From Adineta vaga (lineage: Eukaryota > Animalia > Rotifera): 64,000 nt of DNA. The first letter of the stretch is position 1. Each line of letters starts with the position of its first letter. Below, one piece after another: positions 12,215-24,626 of this stretch. The stretch spans positions 19,654,001 through 19,718,000 of the forward strand of contig CP075492.1 of the NCBI GenBank assembly GCA_021613535.1, written 5' to 3'. Both the position numbers and the translations under genes were made by a program. The notes beneath the pieces were generated by a model, which saw nothing but the letters and a program-made list of their open reading frames with translations, was not told where the DNA came from and made no database searches.

Positions 12215-13192
12215 TCAACGAATGTTAAGTTTGTGCCTATACCGATCGTCATGTGCTTTCAAGAAATCTGTTTTCAACCGGTAAACATCAAAATTTTGAC
12301 TAGCGTTTAAACAAAGAGTTAGTTTCAATTGACGTAATGATAATAGATGACGAGTTAACACATTGGCCAACCATTGCGAGTGCTCGAAATTCTCTATCAT
12401 CTGGACATTCACCATGGATAGTCGAAGATGAAAATATTTCAGATTCGGAAGACATACGAACAAACTATCGAAGACGAATTCATCGAAAGATCCTTGAGAA
12501 GTGGTTATATTTAAAGACAACCGCTGGAGCTGTTCGTGTTGCTGTGCATCAGCCAAAGTAACGGCTAGCTTTGGTATCGTTAACTTGAGAGAATGTAGAT
12601 TGGGACACGAGGCAAGAAGAAACATATGAATACGAGAAAAATCCGAAGTGATGTCTAACAACTGAATCGACGGGGTTTGAGTCCATGTATGAATCAATGA
12701 AGGTGGCTGAAAAGTCTTGAGAATACAAGATTTTAAACATGGAAAATCATTGGTGAAGATTCGTTGATAGATCGAACAGAGACGTGCACTTTGGTATTTT
12801 ACTTTGATGGTCAGACATTCTAAATTGTTCAGTTGATTAAGCGCATGTTCGATTTTTTCTGCTGATGATTTAATGAAAATCACATAACGAAGATTTGGAA
12901 AACGATGAAGATTATCAATAAAACGATTTCGATTGATGATCAATGTGTGAACTCGCGAAGCAAATAAGTGATCATGGCGAATTCTATTCCGAGATTCATA
13001 ATGTACATAAATATACAATCGATCGAGGGACTGTAGAAGAGCATTGAAACGCCAATTAAGACCATAAAAAGCATGGTAGGTATCACGAGCGTCCAAATAA
13101 TCAGATATTTCAATGAGAATTTCATTGGGTAATCGCTCAAACTGAAAGAAAGTCATATTTATCGACAAAAAAGTTTTAAAAAGTAAATTCAT
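12215..13192 (-). CDS. F-box protein with degenerate leucine-rich repeats (probable ATG at 13156)
   Basis: F-box FERLPNEILIEISDYLDARDTYHAFYGLNWRFNALL followed by LxxLxL repeats (FPNLRYV, CPNLHSLKL, LPNLKYFHL). Confidence 0.85.
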   Translation of the reverse strand: MNLLFKTFLSINMTFFQFERLPNEILIEISDYLDARDTYHAFYGLNWRFNALLQSLDRLYIYVHYESRNRIRHDHLFASRVHTLIINRNRFIDNLHRFPNLRYVIFIKSSAEKIEHALNQLNNLECLTIKVKYQSARLCSIYQRIFTNDFPCLKSCILKTFQPPSLIHTWTQTPSIQLLDITSDFSRIHMFLLASCPNLHSLKLTIPKLAVTLADAQQHEQLQRLSLNITTSQGSFDEFVFDSLFVCLPNLKYFHLRLSMVNVQMIENFEHSQWLANVLTRHLLSLRQLKLTLCLNASQNFDVYRLKTDFLKAHDDRYRHKLNIR

Positions 13193-14244
13193 ATGTTTGG
13201 AATCATTCGCAGTGGGCGAGCGATGAATAGCAATTTTACACGCTGAAAATTCGAAAAGTCACACAAAAAGAATAATAAATGCCGTTATCTTTCTTTGCGT
13301 TTTTTTATATTTGCAAGTGACTGAATACGATGACGCGAGTGTTTTTTTCGATTGTCGTAATTTATTTAACAGAACGAAAGAATTTTTTCTTCTTCACAAG
13401 TTTAAATTCATGTCTCGGAAGAAGACAGACGATACTCCGGATGGATGTATTTTAGCTGTTTTGAAACTAACGTACTGAAAGACGATCGCGTCTCCTTCTT
13501 TTACGATTTATTTGATTATGATAAGTTAGTTGGTTCTCGTATTCTTTGAGCATTCTACATCCCATACCCGAGCCCATCTTAGCCGTCATATGATGACGTT
13601 TCCATCCGACACTACGTGGAAGTGAAGGGTTGGGTTTTGCCGGACGTAATAATATTTCCATTCGAATTTGAACGTATATTTGCTCAATTATAATTAAAAA
13701 GCTATTAATTATGGTATGGCGCACATCATCTTATGTTTTGGATTTCAATCGAACAACATATTTTTATTTTTCATTCAATCCTTCTTTGAACAAGGCGTCA
13801 ACGTATTTTATTTCATTGTATTCCATTTGGATTTTTTGCAATGTACGGACGAATTCTTTAGTTTCATTTGATATTTCTTTGTAGTGTTTTTTGTTACGTT
13901 CATTAAAATTCTCAATGATTTATTTGGTATGGTATGAATAAATCATTCATTATGTTTCTCCTCTTTTAATGATCGCTGTATTCAGTTATAGTTTATTTAT
14001 TCGTGTTCTCATGCACAAACATCTTTTAAAACGAAGAATTGATTGTCGTCGACGATGAAAAATGATCATTCAATCAATTTTTTCCCCTTGTTTATTTTGC
14101 TTTTTATCTGGCTTACGTTATAACTACTATGGCGAAATGGGTTGGAGTTAATCTTTTTGAGAACACAGACAACACTTCATGGATAGAATGGACAGAACAC
14201 AAAAATGATATTTCAATCTATATCATTATTCTCATTCTCATGTT

Positions 14245-17005
14245 CTATTTATATGTAATTAAATATTCAGCAATGGCTTGTGCGTCATGGTAGATGACGA
14301 AAATATGATTTCCATCGGTTGTTGAATCGAATCCAAGAGGTCTTACTTTCATTGAACTATTGCCGATAGTTGTTTTCCCTATTAGAACACGAGCGACAAA
14401 CATGCATCTTTCTCCATTAGTATTTGGTCGAGTATAGCCGTGACTGTAAGCCGCATTCGATGAAAAGTAAACACCTACACCATAAACAATCCCTAACAAA
14501 ATCCCATACATTCAAAAACAGTTCATAGAATAACGACAAAAACTTACCATTTTTTCCCGCGAAACTTCTATTAAAACAATCCTCAATAATTGAATTTGCT
14601 GCTTGTTCATCGCAACCGTGATACAAGCATTTTTCCGTGTCAGTTTTCAGTCTGTTTTTGAAATCTCGACTATGTGCTAAATATTGTATAAGCCATCTTC
14701 TATTCTGAATGCGTTCAATTTGTATTATTTGAGTATATATTCCTTTCATTGTCTGATCGAAGTTCATCGAAACAAACTTATATTCATTTGTATTGCTTAA
14801 CACTACAAATCGTAGACGATTATCTGTCGATTTTTCCCATGTTCGTGGTAAGTGATGTTCAATTATTTCCCCGGAAATCTCTAAAAGATTTATCAATATT
14901 CAAACAAAAAGTCATTCAATAGGTAGTTAAATACAAAAGTTTTTTTTTTCGAAAACCTGGATAAAAACTCAGTTTTTCGGTAAAAAATCTGTTTTTTGGA
15001 CGGTGATCACGCCCCCCCCCTCCTCTCTATCAAAATTGACATTATTCAATAGAAAATTAAACTCTGCATCCAATACAGCCTTTTCGAAGACCACCACAAG
15101 TTTACAGGTGAATCGGTATGAAAAATACCGAGATATAGTACTAACTTTACCTTCGTCTGATGCTAAGACTTGTTTACAAAACTCATCATAAATATTTTGT
15201 TGATCGGGTTCAATCACAAACTTGACTAACAGTGATAATTTTCTTTCTGTAAGCTGTTTTTTTATTTCTTTAACCATTGTCTTGACTACAATATCTATGG
15301 AACACCCATGTTTTCCACATCCAATGGCTGGAAACGCAATTGATGTGTAATCATACGCGATAACATGGTGTATAACGTTAATTATGAGATCAACGATTGA
15401 TTGTCGAAGTATGGAGTCATTTTGATTCGGGTTCCATTTAAGAAAAAAGATTCGTTTACAAGGTAATTGACCTGATGAAGTTGAAATCAAAATCGAATTC
15501 GGATTATGTCCATCTTCCTTTTCGTATGCAGTTTTAACTTCATTACCAGCTGCGTTGATTATGGCTTGTTGTAAAATTTGCGATGATGAATTTCCAATAA
15601 TCGCATCAACCTATTCAAAATAATAAAATATCATTTACATTAATCAATATTGTTTTCTTCGTACATTTTGTAATGTTATATCTCCTTTTTCAACCACAAT
15701 CTTTCCGTTTCCAATTGATACAGATACATCTGATATTGTTGAAGGTTGCTTTAATGAATCAACTTGTTTTTGAAATTCATCATAAATATCTGTTCTGTTC
15801 GGTTCTATTATAAATGAAACAGATATTGCATGAGTTTCCTGTAATCGATAGGCTTCTTCAACCATAGATTTGGCAACAAGATTGATTGTGCAGCTAAATT
15901 GGCCACAACCAATAGCTGGAAATGCAATACTATTATAATTCTCACTTGCTGCTTTGTTAATTGCATCTGAAACAAACTTTTTCAACGATTTACATAGTGT
16001 ATCATCATCAGAATTGGGTTGCCATGGAAGAAAGTAAATTTTTTTCGATGGAAGTGTTCCTCCAGTTGATACAGCAGTGATTGTTGACGGTTTTTGTTTT
16101 GATTTTCTCTCATACGATGTCTTAATGACATCACCACCGACTTTGAAAATATTTTCACGCAAACACTGAGATGACGAACACACGACAATAACGTCAACCT
16201 GAAAGAGAACCAAAATTTGTCAATCTGAAAAATTTCTCTTTTGAATAAACATACTGATTCCGTTGTTAAATCACCTTTCTGAATTTTTATTGATCGATTA
16301 GAATTTGCTGTCTGCACAAGTGACTGCTAGAATGAAGAAATTTTCGAAATAACAATTGAATTATTGAATTTTAGCAGAAAATCTGCTCTTTCTCTCAAAA
16401 ATACTTTCACTGTTAATGAATAAGATTCATTACAATAACATCGATGATACTGATTTTCCAAAAATTCTGAATACAAGCTGAAACTGCATTTGAATAATAT
16501 TTACTTACTGAATATCGATTGACGACCAAGTGTCTCGGATTGATCAATGACGAAAGATTAGGTCGTGCGGGCACTTTATGTGGTGCTGAAAAAATGAAAC
16601 AATATGTTTAATAATGTATTTTTCGTCTTAGTAAAATTTTTTTGACGGCAATCTTACCGCATGTTGCTGGTCGTACATGTGAGGGTACGCCAGAAGGTGA
16701 TGTTATAATTAGAGAAGAAACTGTTAACAAATTCGTTTTAGATCGATTCGTTCTATATTTGTTTATACAGTGAAGAATTGTAAAGAAGATTATTGCTATT
16801 ATAATTAGACAAATGATTACTAAACCAACTCTTCCATCATCTGTATCTATACGAAAAACAATAATACAAAGGGACTTATTCATATTCAAAATGATTAACC
16901 TTTTTCTCATATCAATGAAAATAACTTACTAAATACCGATAATTGTTGCCTCAGTGGTTCTTTGATAAGTATTTTTGTATTAGAGATATTCGTAGTTAAA
17001 AACAT
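14245..17005 (-). CDS. Single-pass TM + 2 macrodomains + PARP catalytic domain (PARP14/15-like mono-ADP-ribosyltransferase), 8-9 exons
   Basis: GT-AG junctions are phase-compatible from ATG 17005 to TAG 14245: MFLTT...SVF|NTDDGRVGLVIICLIIIAIIFFTILHC...|APHKVP...|QSLVQ...IQKGDLTTES|VDVIVVCSSS...IAFPAIGCG...VEKGDITLQN|VDAIIGNSSS...IAFPAIGCG...|E...LYHGC...AGKN|GIVYGVGVYFS...HIFVIYHDAQAIAEYLITYK. Confidence 0.85.
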
Positions 17006-17366
17006 TTATCAGTTTTGCTAATGAATAAAAAACCAAGCTTGTTTTTTGTGTGTTGAAACAAATATTTATGTTGTTACATACATAATGATTTATACGTATG
17101 TTCTTATCTCTTTTCTTTTGTTCCTCATCTTCGAAAAAGATAACATATATTTCACTCATGTCTCTTTCGACGAATATGAAAGAATAGCATGTTTTTTTCC
17201 AACTATCAGACCTGATGACTCATATCGTTATGAATCATTTTGCGCTTAACCCTTTACGGGTGATTACCAGAAAATAACAATAAAAAATGTTACTGCTGCA
17301 TATTATTTGTCGTTTATTTATGAGGGTTACTCATTTCCAACATGCGGTTTAAAGAAATAGTACTGA

Positions 17367-20312
17367 CGAGGAATGATCCCCAACTGGCAAATCGGTTTAG
17401 TCATAAAAGATAGTGGACCATAGGTAATTAATAGTCCTGAATCCGAATCTGACTTTGGTTTTTGCTGCTAGGCCTCGAAAGTACCGGGTTTTCAGAAAAC
17501 CATGTGATAACAGAGTACAGAAATTTTTTTTTAATTAAATTTTTTCACTAATCCACCTGATAGAAGATGTGTAGAAAATTCTGAAAAACTAGTTTAGAAC
17601 GTTTCTAAGCGGCGGAAGAGGACATCAGAAACGTAACTTATACGTTTCATTGTGCCGATTTTCACTGCAAAGCGTTAAATTCTTTTCTTTTTTCGTTTTT
17701 GTTTTTATCGTTGATTTTAACTTGTTTATCTCAAAATTCGAAAATTATAGCGAATCTACTATAATGTTACACAACAATTAAAAAACATGAAATATAGAGT
17801 TTGTTGCAACAACCGTTCTTGTTTCAATCATGTGCTACTTGAAAATAATCCATTATTTGCACTTATAATAATCATTCTAGAAGATCAGAATAGAGAAGCA
17901 TCGTTACTTTTAATTCAGATCTTTCTTTGAACTTAAATACTTACGATCTAATAAATGTCATGAAAATGGAAGTCCAGGAAAAAATGTTGAAAACAAAGTT
18001 TCTTCCCACAATGCGAACAAGTAATAAAGACACTTTCCAGACATAGAGAGGTTGCACAATTAATATGTGTCTTCTCGTGAATGAAACAAACTTGGTTGAA
18101 ATTTAAGAAGGGAGTCGGGTCAGCTTTTGTATATCCGGAAGCAAACTACGAATATATGACCATTTTTTGGAACACTGGAGCACCTAGTTGGTTGTGAACA
18201 AGAGAGACAAGACGAATTATATTATTTCGTTCGTATAAATTACAATCAATTTCATCTATGGCCACGTGATGATACAAAGCTTTGACAAAATTCTTGAGCT
18301 GGTGATTAAAATATCTATCTAAAGGTTGGATTTCATCTGTTGTGTGTTGTGGAATTTGAATCCGTTTGATATCTTTGCCAGTAGAACTGGCATCTTCATA
18401 AAGTTTTGGATCGTTCTGACCGGACCACGAGTCCGAAAGTAGAAGGGCATTCTTTCCAATCGATGGTAAGAAACATTTATTCAGCCAATAGATCACGAGA
18501 GAGGTTGTCAGCTTACCAGATTTTGAGCAAGTAATAACGACATTTTTAGGCTGAAATAAATGGTTTTTCACTGTTTCTCCCATTTTGCCGGTTGGCTCTT
18601 GAAGACACAACAGAATAGGCCCGACGAGTTTACCATCGAGAGAGATTGTTGGCTGGAGCGTGTATGAATGTGTAGTTGCATTCTTTGATCTTACGGCTCC
18701 ATAAACTTTCTTTGCACCCCGGAAATCCAACGTACGGGTGCTATGCTGTTCCTTCTCTACACCTATCTGATCAGTATTCATGATTTCTGCTTCTTTATAA
18801 TATTTTGCTATATGCTGAAATTCGTTCAAAAAATCCTCTTTGCTCTTTTCAACTGTTTCGAAGTTTTCAATCTCATGTTTAGTTACGATATTTGTGATCT
18901 TCCTACCGACAATCGAATAACGAGATTTCCAGTTGGAAACCCAGTGACGAGAGGCATGAAAATCTTCGAGTGTGAGCTCGCGAGCTAATTTCAGAGCCCA
19001 CCGCTGAATATCGAACTCGTGGACAGGTAGGCAACGCTCTCTTGCACTTTCAAACTTCTTGAAAACTTCGTGATCAATATCATATATCTTCTGTCTCTTC
19101 GTTCCTTCATTTTCTAAATAGTGTCGAAAACGACTAACGTAAGACTGATTCGGAAGAGTTCGAAATCGATTATGAACAGTTTTCCACGATCGACGACGTT
19201 TACCGGTTGAGTCTGTCGCGTCGGCGAACTCAACAACTTCCTTCATGAAGTTTAAAGTATATTGTTTAAGGTGATGAGGTTCGAGATCTTTGTCTTCATC
19301 TCTCTTTATTTCATGATTCTCGGATGTGGTGTTTTCATCTGCGTCTGGTGTTTCCTCCTCATCACTTTCTTCGTAATCATCTGATTGATTTTCAAAGTCT
19401 AAAGTTGTCTCTTCGTCGTAAGTAAATTGTTTGCAGTTAGCAAATGTCGTGATTGTTTCTGCAAGGTGTTGAGCAGCCTCACGTTCTTTCTGCGACACTT
19501 CGGTTGGTTTTATGTTAAGATTAGCTGTGACCAACTCTGCTAAACATTCAACTATATTACTCGGATTCATTATAACTAGTGAAACAGAGAAGAAGGTGGT
19601 GAACGAAATACAAAGGTCTTTGTTTCATTCGTTTAAGACTTACCATTGAAAAGGTGAAGCAATCAAGGAGAGCCTGGTTTGAATATAATACTTTAAGTTT
19701 AAACAAAACACATGATCATCTGCAATAAATAAGACACTATTACAGAAACTACAATAATCATTAGCATGGTGTGTTTCAACTCGTTCTCTTCGTCGATGTA
19801 TTCGTGCCTCTTCTCTTCTCTGATTCTTTCATTTTATTTCTGTTTCTTATCATGTATGTAATGTAGCTCTTCTCGTCATGACATGTGCTTGCGGCATGCT
19901 TTGCTCTTTGTTCTTTTGATATTCAGACTGATATATTATTTTGTTCTTGTAAAATATGCATGGAATAAGATGAATCACACAAACGAAAAAAGAAAAGAAT
20001 TTAACGCTTTGCAGTGAAAATCGGCACAATGAAACGTATAAGTTACGTTTCTGATGTCCTCTTCCGCCGCTTAGAAACGTTCTAAACTAGTTTTTCAGAA
20101 TTTTCTACACATCTTCTATCAGGTGGATTAGTGAAAAAATTTAATTAAAAAAAAATTTCTGTACTCTGTTATCACATGGTTTTCTGAAAACCCGGTACTT
20201 TCGAGGCCTAGCAGCAAAAACCAAAGTCAGATTCGGATTCAGGACTATTAATTACCTATGGTCCACTATCTTTTATGACTAAACCGATTTGCCAGTTGGG
20301 GATCATTCCTCG
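17367..20312 (-). mobile_element. Tc4/Tc5-like (pogo-related, DD37D) DNA transposon
   Basis: 332-bp apparently identical TIRs (17367-17698 / 19981-20312) starting CGAGGAATGA. TGA is duplicated on both sides (17364-17366, 20313-20315), reconstituting a CTGAG (CTNAG) target. Confidence 0.9.
17948..19570 (-). pseudogene. Tc5-like transposase with one premature TAG
   Basis: CENPB-type HTH (FHASRHWVSNWKSRYSI), NTDQIG, HSYT, and LSDSWSGQ...IQPLD with 37 aa between the Asp residues. The frame continues past the TAG at 18146-18148 (YS*FASGY) into a Cys/His-rich tail (CSHCGKKLCFQHFF) ending at 17948. Confidence 0.85.
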
Positions 20313-20739
20313 TGAGTTTCGATCTAGATGGTGGATTGAATTGTAAATTATCAATTTTTACTTTTGAAAGATCAACTGCAGAACGAGTTGTTTTGTCAAT
20401 CATAAATGATATTGCTCAGTTTGCCACGCGGATTTATAATGAAAGTTTTTACAAAGTAGATGAGTAGAGAAATAGAATTTTTTACTTGTCAAGTAAACAA
20501 ACCGGCTAGCGCACCATTGTTAGGATCCGGTGTAAATGGAGACAAAAAGATCGAGTTTTAGTTTTCGGTGTTTCGGACCACCTTTATTTCATGAAAACAA
20601 AAAAACCGACAACTAGAAAAGTAAACATGGGAAGAAGAAGAGAAAAACAAACAAGTTGCCGTCCAATGGCGACTGAAAAGATAAAAGAGAACGAAGGCGA
20701 AGGATCGTTCATCTGATATAGATGGCGATCCTGACAAAC

Positions 20740-22498
20740 TCATTCCGTTTCTAACAATTGAACAGCTTCATTTGCTTTCTCTTCTGGTATACCGATATTT
20801 TTAAGCCATTTGAAAGTCTCGGACTCATATGTGTATTGATTAAAAGTAAAAAGACGCAGTGTGGCCTTAAGAGCTTTCTCAAATAGACGACGTAAAGCTC
20901 CCTTCGTAGTATATAAAGCAGTAGCTTGATGAGAGCAATATGTATCAATAAAATTTCGCAGTGCTTCTTGACTTATTATTCGTCTTTCTTCGGCATTTTT
21001 TTTGTCGTTGATCCTAGCATCTGTTGGTATAAGTGGAAAGTCGACACCGAGAGCGGCCGTGAATATCATTCCGTTTAGTTCTAGATATTCACGGTTTATC
21101 TTTGACGATTCTTCCGAAATATCAGCGATACCTGTGCTAAACCATTTGTCCGTACCATAATCAAACGAATCATGTGTATAGATAAGTACTCGTACTGTTT
21201 CTTTTGGTAGCAATACATCAAAAATGCTATACGTTTTCTGCAGTTCTTCAGTAACACGACCCCTTCGAGCGAGAAAGATAGCTAAGTGAAAACCACTGCG
21301 ACGTTTCTTCAGAAAACGAATCAGTTGGATTATAGCCGCACCAGTATCCCATGCTCCATGTTTTGCTTCGCCAAAACCAGCTGTGTCACACCAAATATAC
21401 TTGGCATCGTGATATTCCCAGCATTCCATCGGGTTTCCTTTGGCTCCACTATGTATCATCTTCTGAGATAATTTTGTTCTACATGCATTATAGATTAAAG
21501 TACTTTTGCCGGCCCCAGTAAGTCCAACAACTAGGATACGTTTTGGATAGTCTGGTTGAAATGAGTGATTTGAGTCTGACGTATTATTCTATGGGGAAGA
21601 AAAAGATGAAAGCTAGTTTATTCGATGTCATCAAGCTAGTATAAAGAAAAGCATGATTGCCCTCACTCTCAAGATATTCACAATGGGAGCAACACCTGGT
21701 AATGTTTGAATTATTTCATATATTAGAGGTAACACACCACTAAAACGACATATTTACAAAACGTTTTGCGTAGAGGACAACAAATCACTGGATGCTGTAA
21801 ATGAATTACATAGTAATTCACAGAAACTAAATTATAAAATAATTGAGAATTTCTATATAATGATAAATATATAATATTTGTTGAGGGTGAGGGTGGGTGA
21901 GGGTGTAGGCGTGACTGAAGATGAGGTTGTGTGTTCATATAACTAAATGCTGATGTTTTAAGAGAACAACTAGGTCTCTGAGACATGGGTTGTGATTAGG
22001 CCTGGATGTACCGTAGTAGACTCTGATAGACCCTTGTAGACTCTGGTAAACGCTGGTTAGACCCTGGTTAAACTCTAGTAGAAATAGCAACAAATACTAT
22101 TTAAATATCATTATATAGAAATTTTGAATTATTTTGTAATTCGTTTACGGCATGAACTCCAATAAATGCATGTTCCATAGAAGGCACCTCTCCTGTTTTA
22201 GTTAGATTCCTCGGATAGATAAAAGTTCTTACCCAAATATAATAAAAAGACCATATAATTCAAGACAAATGCCAAATAATCCAGCGTTGAGAAATATCAA
22301 TATTAATCCACCAAAAAATACTAAGAGCCCTTTTAATCTTGGAGATTGTAGGTAGAAATAAAAAGCATGATTAGATTTAAAAATTAGAAGCACTCCGATG
22401 ATAGACACAATCTAAATAGAGAGAAAAAGCATTAAATAAAATGTTGAAATTCTTTTATTTATTTACTAACTTACAAATCCTACAATACTCAAAATCAT
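20740..22498 (-). CDS. Got1/Sft2-like membrane domain fused to a P-loop GTPase (AIG1/G-domain-like), 4 exons; start may lie further upstream
   Basis: Phase-compatible splicing gives MILSIVGF|IVSIIGVLLIF...RLKGLLVFFGGLILIFLNAGLFGICLELYGLFIIFG|GVLPLIYEIIQTLPGVAPIVNILR|NNTS...RILVVGLTGAGKSTLI...WCDTAGFGE...LIYTHD. Confidence 0.75.
21830..22141. mobile_element. Small degenerate MITE-like insertion in an intron of the Got1-GTPase gene
   Basis: Imperfect ~36-bp inverted repeat (21830-21865 vs 22106-22141), enclosing a TGAGGG run at 21881 and short tagaccct/tagactct repeats. Confidence 0.45.
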
Positions 22499-24088
22499 CT
22501 CAGGAAAAGTCAATACGTTCGAGTGACAGTAAGATAACACTAAGTTCTAAAAATATCGTTTCTTTCTTGAAAATATAAATTTCTCTTATATTTATATAGC
22601 CGCATCTGCATGTAAATATGGTTTTTTTCCACGATGACAGTATCATGTGTCATCGAAATCAAGATAAATGTTAATTTTAGTTGGTATTTCTTTCATATTT
22701 TTTTTTCTTTTCTTCGAGTATGAGAATTTGATAAGAAGAGCGACACAAAATAGGAGTAATCGAAGAAGATGTCAAAAATACATATAGAAGAATAAGATGC
22801 ATATTCTCGTCTATTACACGTGTAATAGATATCTTGAGGGTTTTATTTCATATTTTATGTTGATATCAAGAAATAGTATCATAAAAATCGAGAATATAAA
22901 AGAACATAGTGTTTTCTTAAGCAAGACCTGAAAGAAAATGTTGAAGTTTTTAAGAGTAAAAATTTGCATCCCCTACTTCTCTTGCTCCATAGATCGTTAT
23001 CGACAGCCATGGGACACATTACAGTGTAACGAAATGCTTCTTTAAACACTATTTGGTAGAGCCAAAATTGAGAATTGTTAATGAATACTCAACGATGAGA
23101 TATAACGCTGCTGAGTTTTTTATATTTATTCAGCCAAATAAATATACACATAAAATGAATAATAATAAATAAGAACACATAAACTAATAGTAATACTATA
23201 ATAAGGGACTGTGAGACACTGCGAGTAGAACTGGAACAGATAAATATGTTTTATTATAGTGATATAGACCGATGCAGAAATAATAGGTATAGTATAGACT
23301 GATGGACTTCAGTTTGGTTCACATCAATTTAGGTTTGCTTCATATGACCTCAAAACAGTCAATCAACTAAAATTATTGAAAACTAAGGATATTTTCTTTA
23401 GAGCAAGATATATGGAAGAGTTTTATCAGTTTTATACTGATTTTTTCAAATTTTCCACCAAAAGTAAGATGATATTTCTTTTGGATCTAGATATTCATGT
23501 AGCGCTTCTCATACAAAATGTCTTCTAGAAAATGTTTTGTCATCAATAATAATTGAATCATAATTTCTCATAGATTCGATAACACTTGATTTTTTTTTCA
23601 GAAGATAGCTCTCGTCATTCTCCACAAAACTACATATCTAAATAACGCAGTGGCGTACGCAGAAATTTCGTAAGGGGGGGGGGGCATTTCTATAGAAACT
23701 GGAACTTATTGAGAGAGAATTTTTATCTCATGTTTGTACTGAAGTTCTTAGCATTCATCTATTAACTCCTATTTATAAAGTTGGCATGACGCATACTTCG
23801 TTTATGCTTATTTTTCATCAATCACTATGTTTCCGTTCATAATCAAATACAACACAATATCAGACAAAAAACAACATCATTTCAAAAAAAACTAATAAAG
23901 TTACTAGTAGAACCATCAAAAAACTGTTTTGTGTGTGTCATAATTAAAAAAGTTTGATTCGTCGATTTCCCTTGGCAAATTCAGCAACAATATCCTCTGG
24001 ATCAGTTGTCAATGTAAGACCTTTGTGAACATCATACATGTATTAGTCGAAAAGACGTTTCAACTATTCAACTTTTAATTCGAGTTTT

Positions 24089-24510
24089 AAACTATTCAAC
24101 TTCTAAATTTATAAGTTTATAATTCGAGTACTCGAGTTTTAAACTATTCAACTTCTAAATTTATAAGTTTATAATTCGAGTACTCGAGTTTTAAACTATT
24201 CAACTTCTAAATTTATAAGTTTATAATTCGAGTACTCGAGTTTTAAACTTATTCAACTTCTAAATTTATAAGTTTATAATTCGAGTACTCGAGTTTTAAA
24301 CTATTCAACTTCTAAATTTATAAGTTTATAGTTCGAGTACTCGAGTTTTAAACTATTCAACTTCTAAATTTATAAGTTTATAGTTCGAGTACTCGAGTTT
24401 TAAACTATTCAACTTCTAAATTTATAAGTTTATAGTTCGAGTACTCGAGTTTTAAACTATTCAACTTCTAAATTTATAAGTTTATAATTCGAGTACTCGA
24501 GTTTTAAACT
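24089..24510 (+). repeat. 52-bp tandem repeat array, ~8 copies (left arm)
   Basis: Unit aaactattcaacttctaaatttataagtttataattcgagtactcgagtttt, containing the palindrome tcgagtactcga. Confidence 0.95.
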
Positions 24511-24626
24511 ACTGAACTTTTGAACTTTGAAAACTGAGATTCCGAATATAAAGGTTAACAACTTTTACACTTTCAGATTTGAACTGTCAAGTATGAAATT
24601 TAACATTTCAACTTTAGATTATAAAT

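Noticed and set aside
13467-13950. Short minus-strand ORF-like stretches between the F-box and PARP genes
   Set aside because: No recognisable motif or consistent exon structure.
17247-17366. ttaaccctttacggg as the left end of the Tc5-like element or of a piggyBac element
   Set aside because: The Tc5-like boundary is fixed at 17367 by its TIR and TSD, and I found no matching right terminus for this motif.
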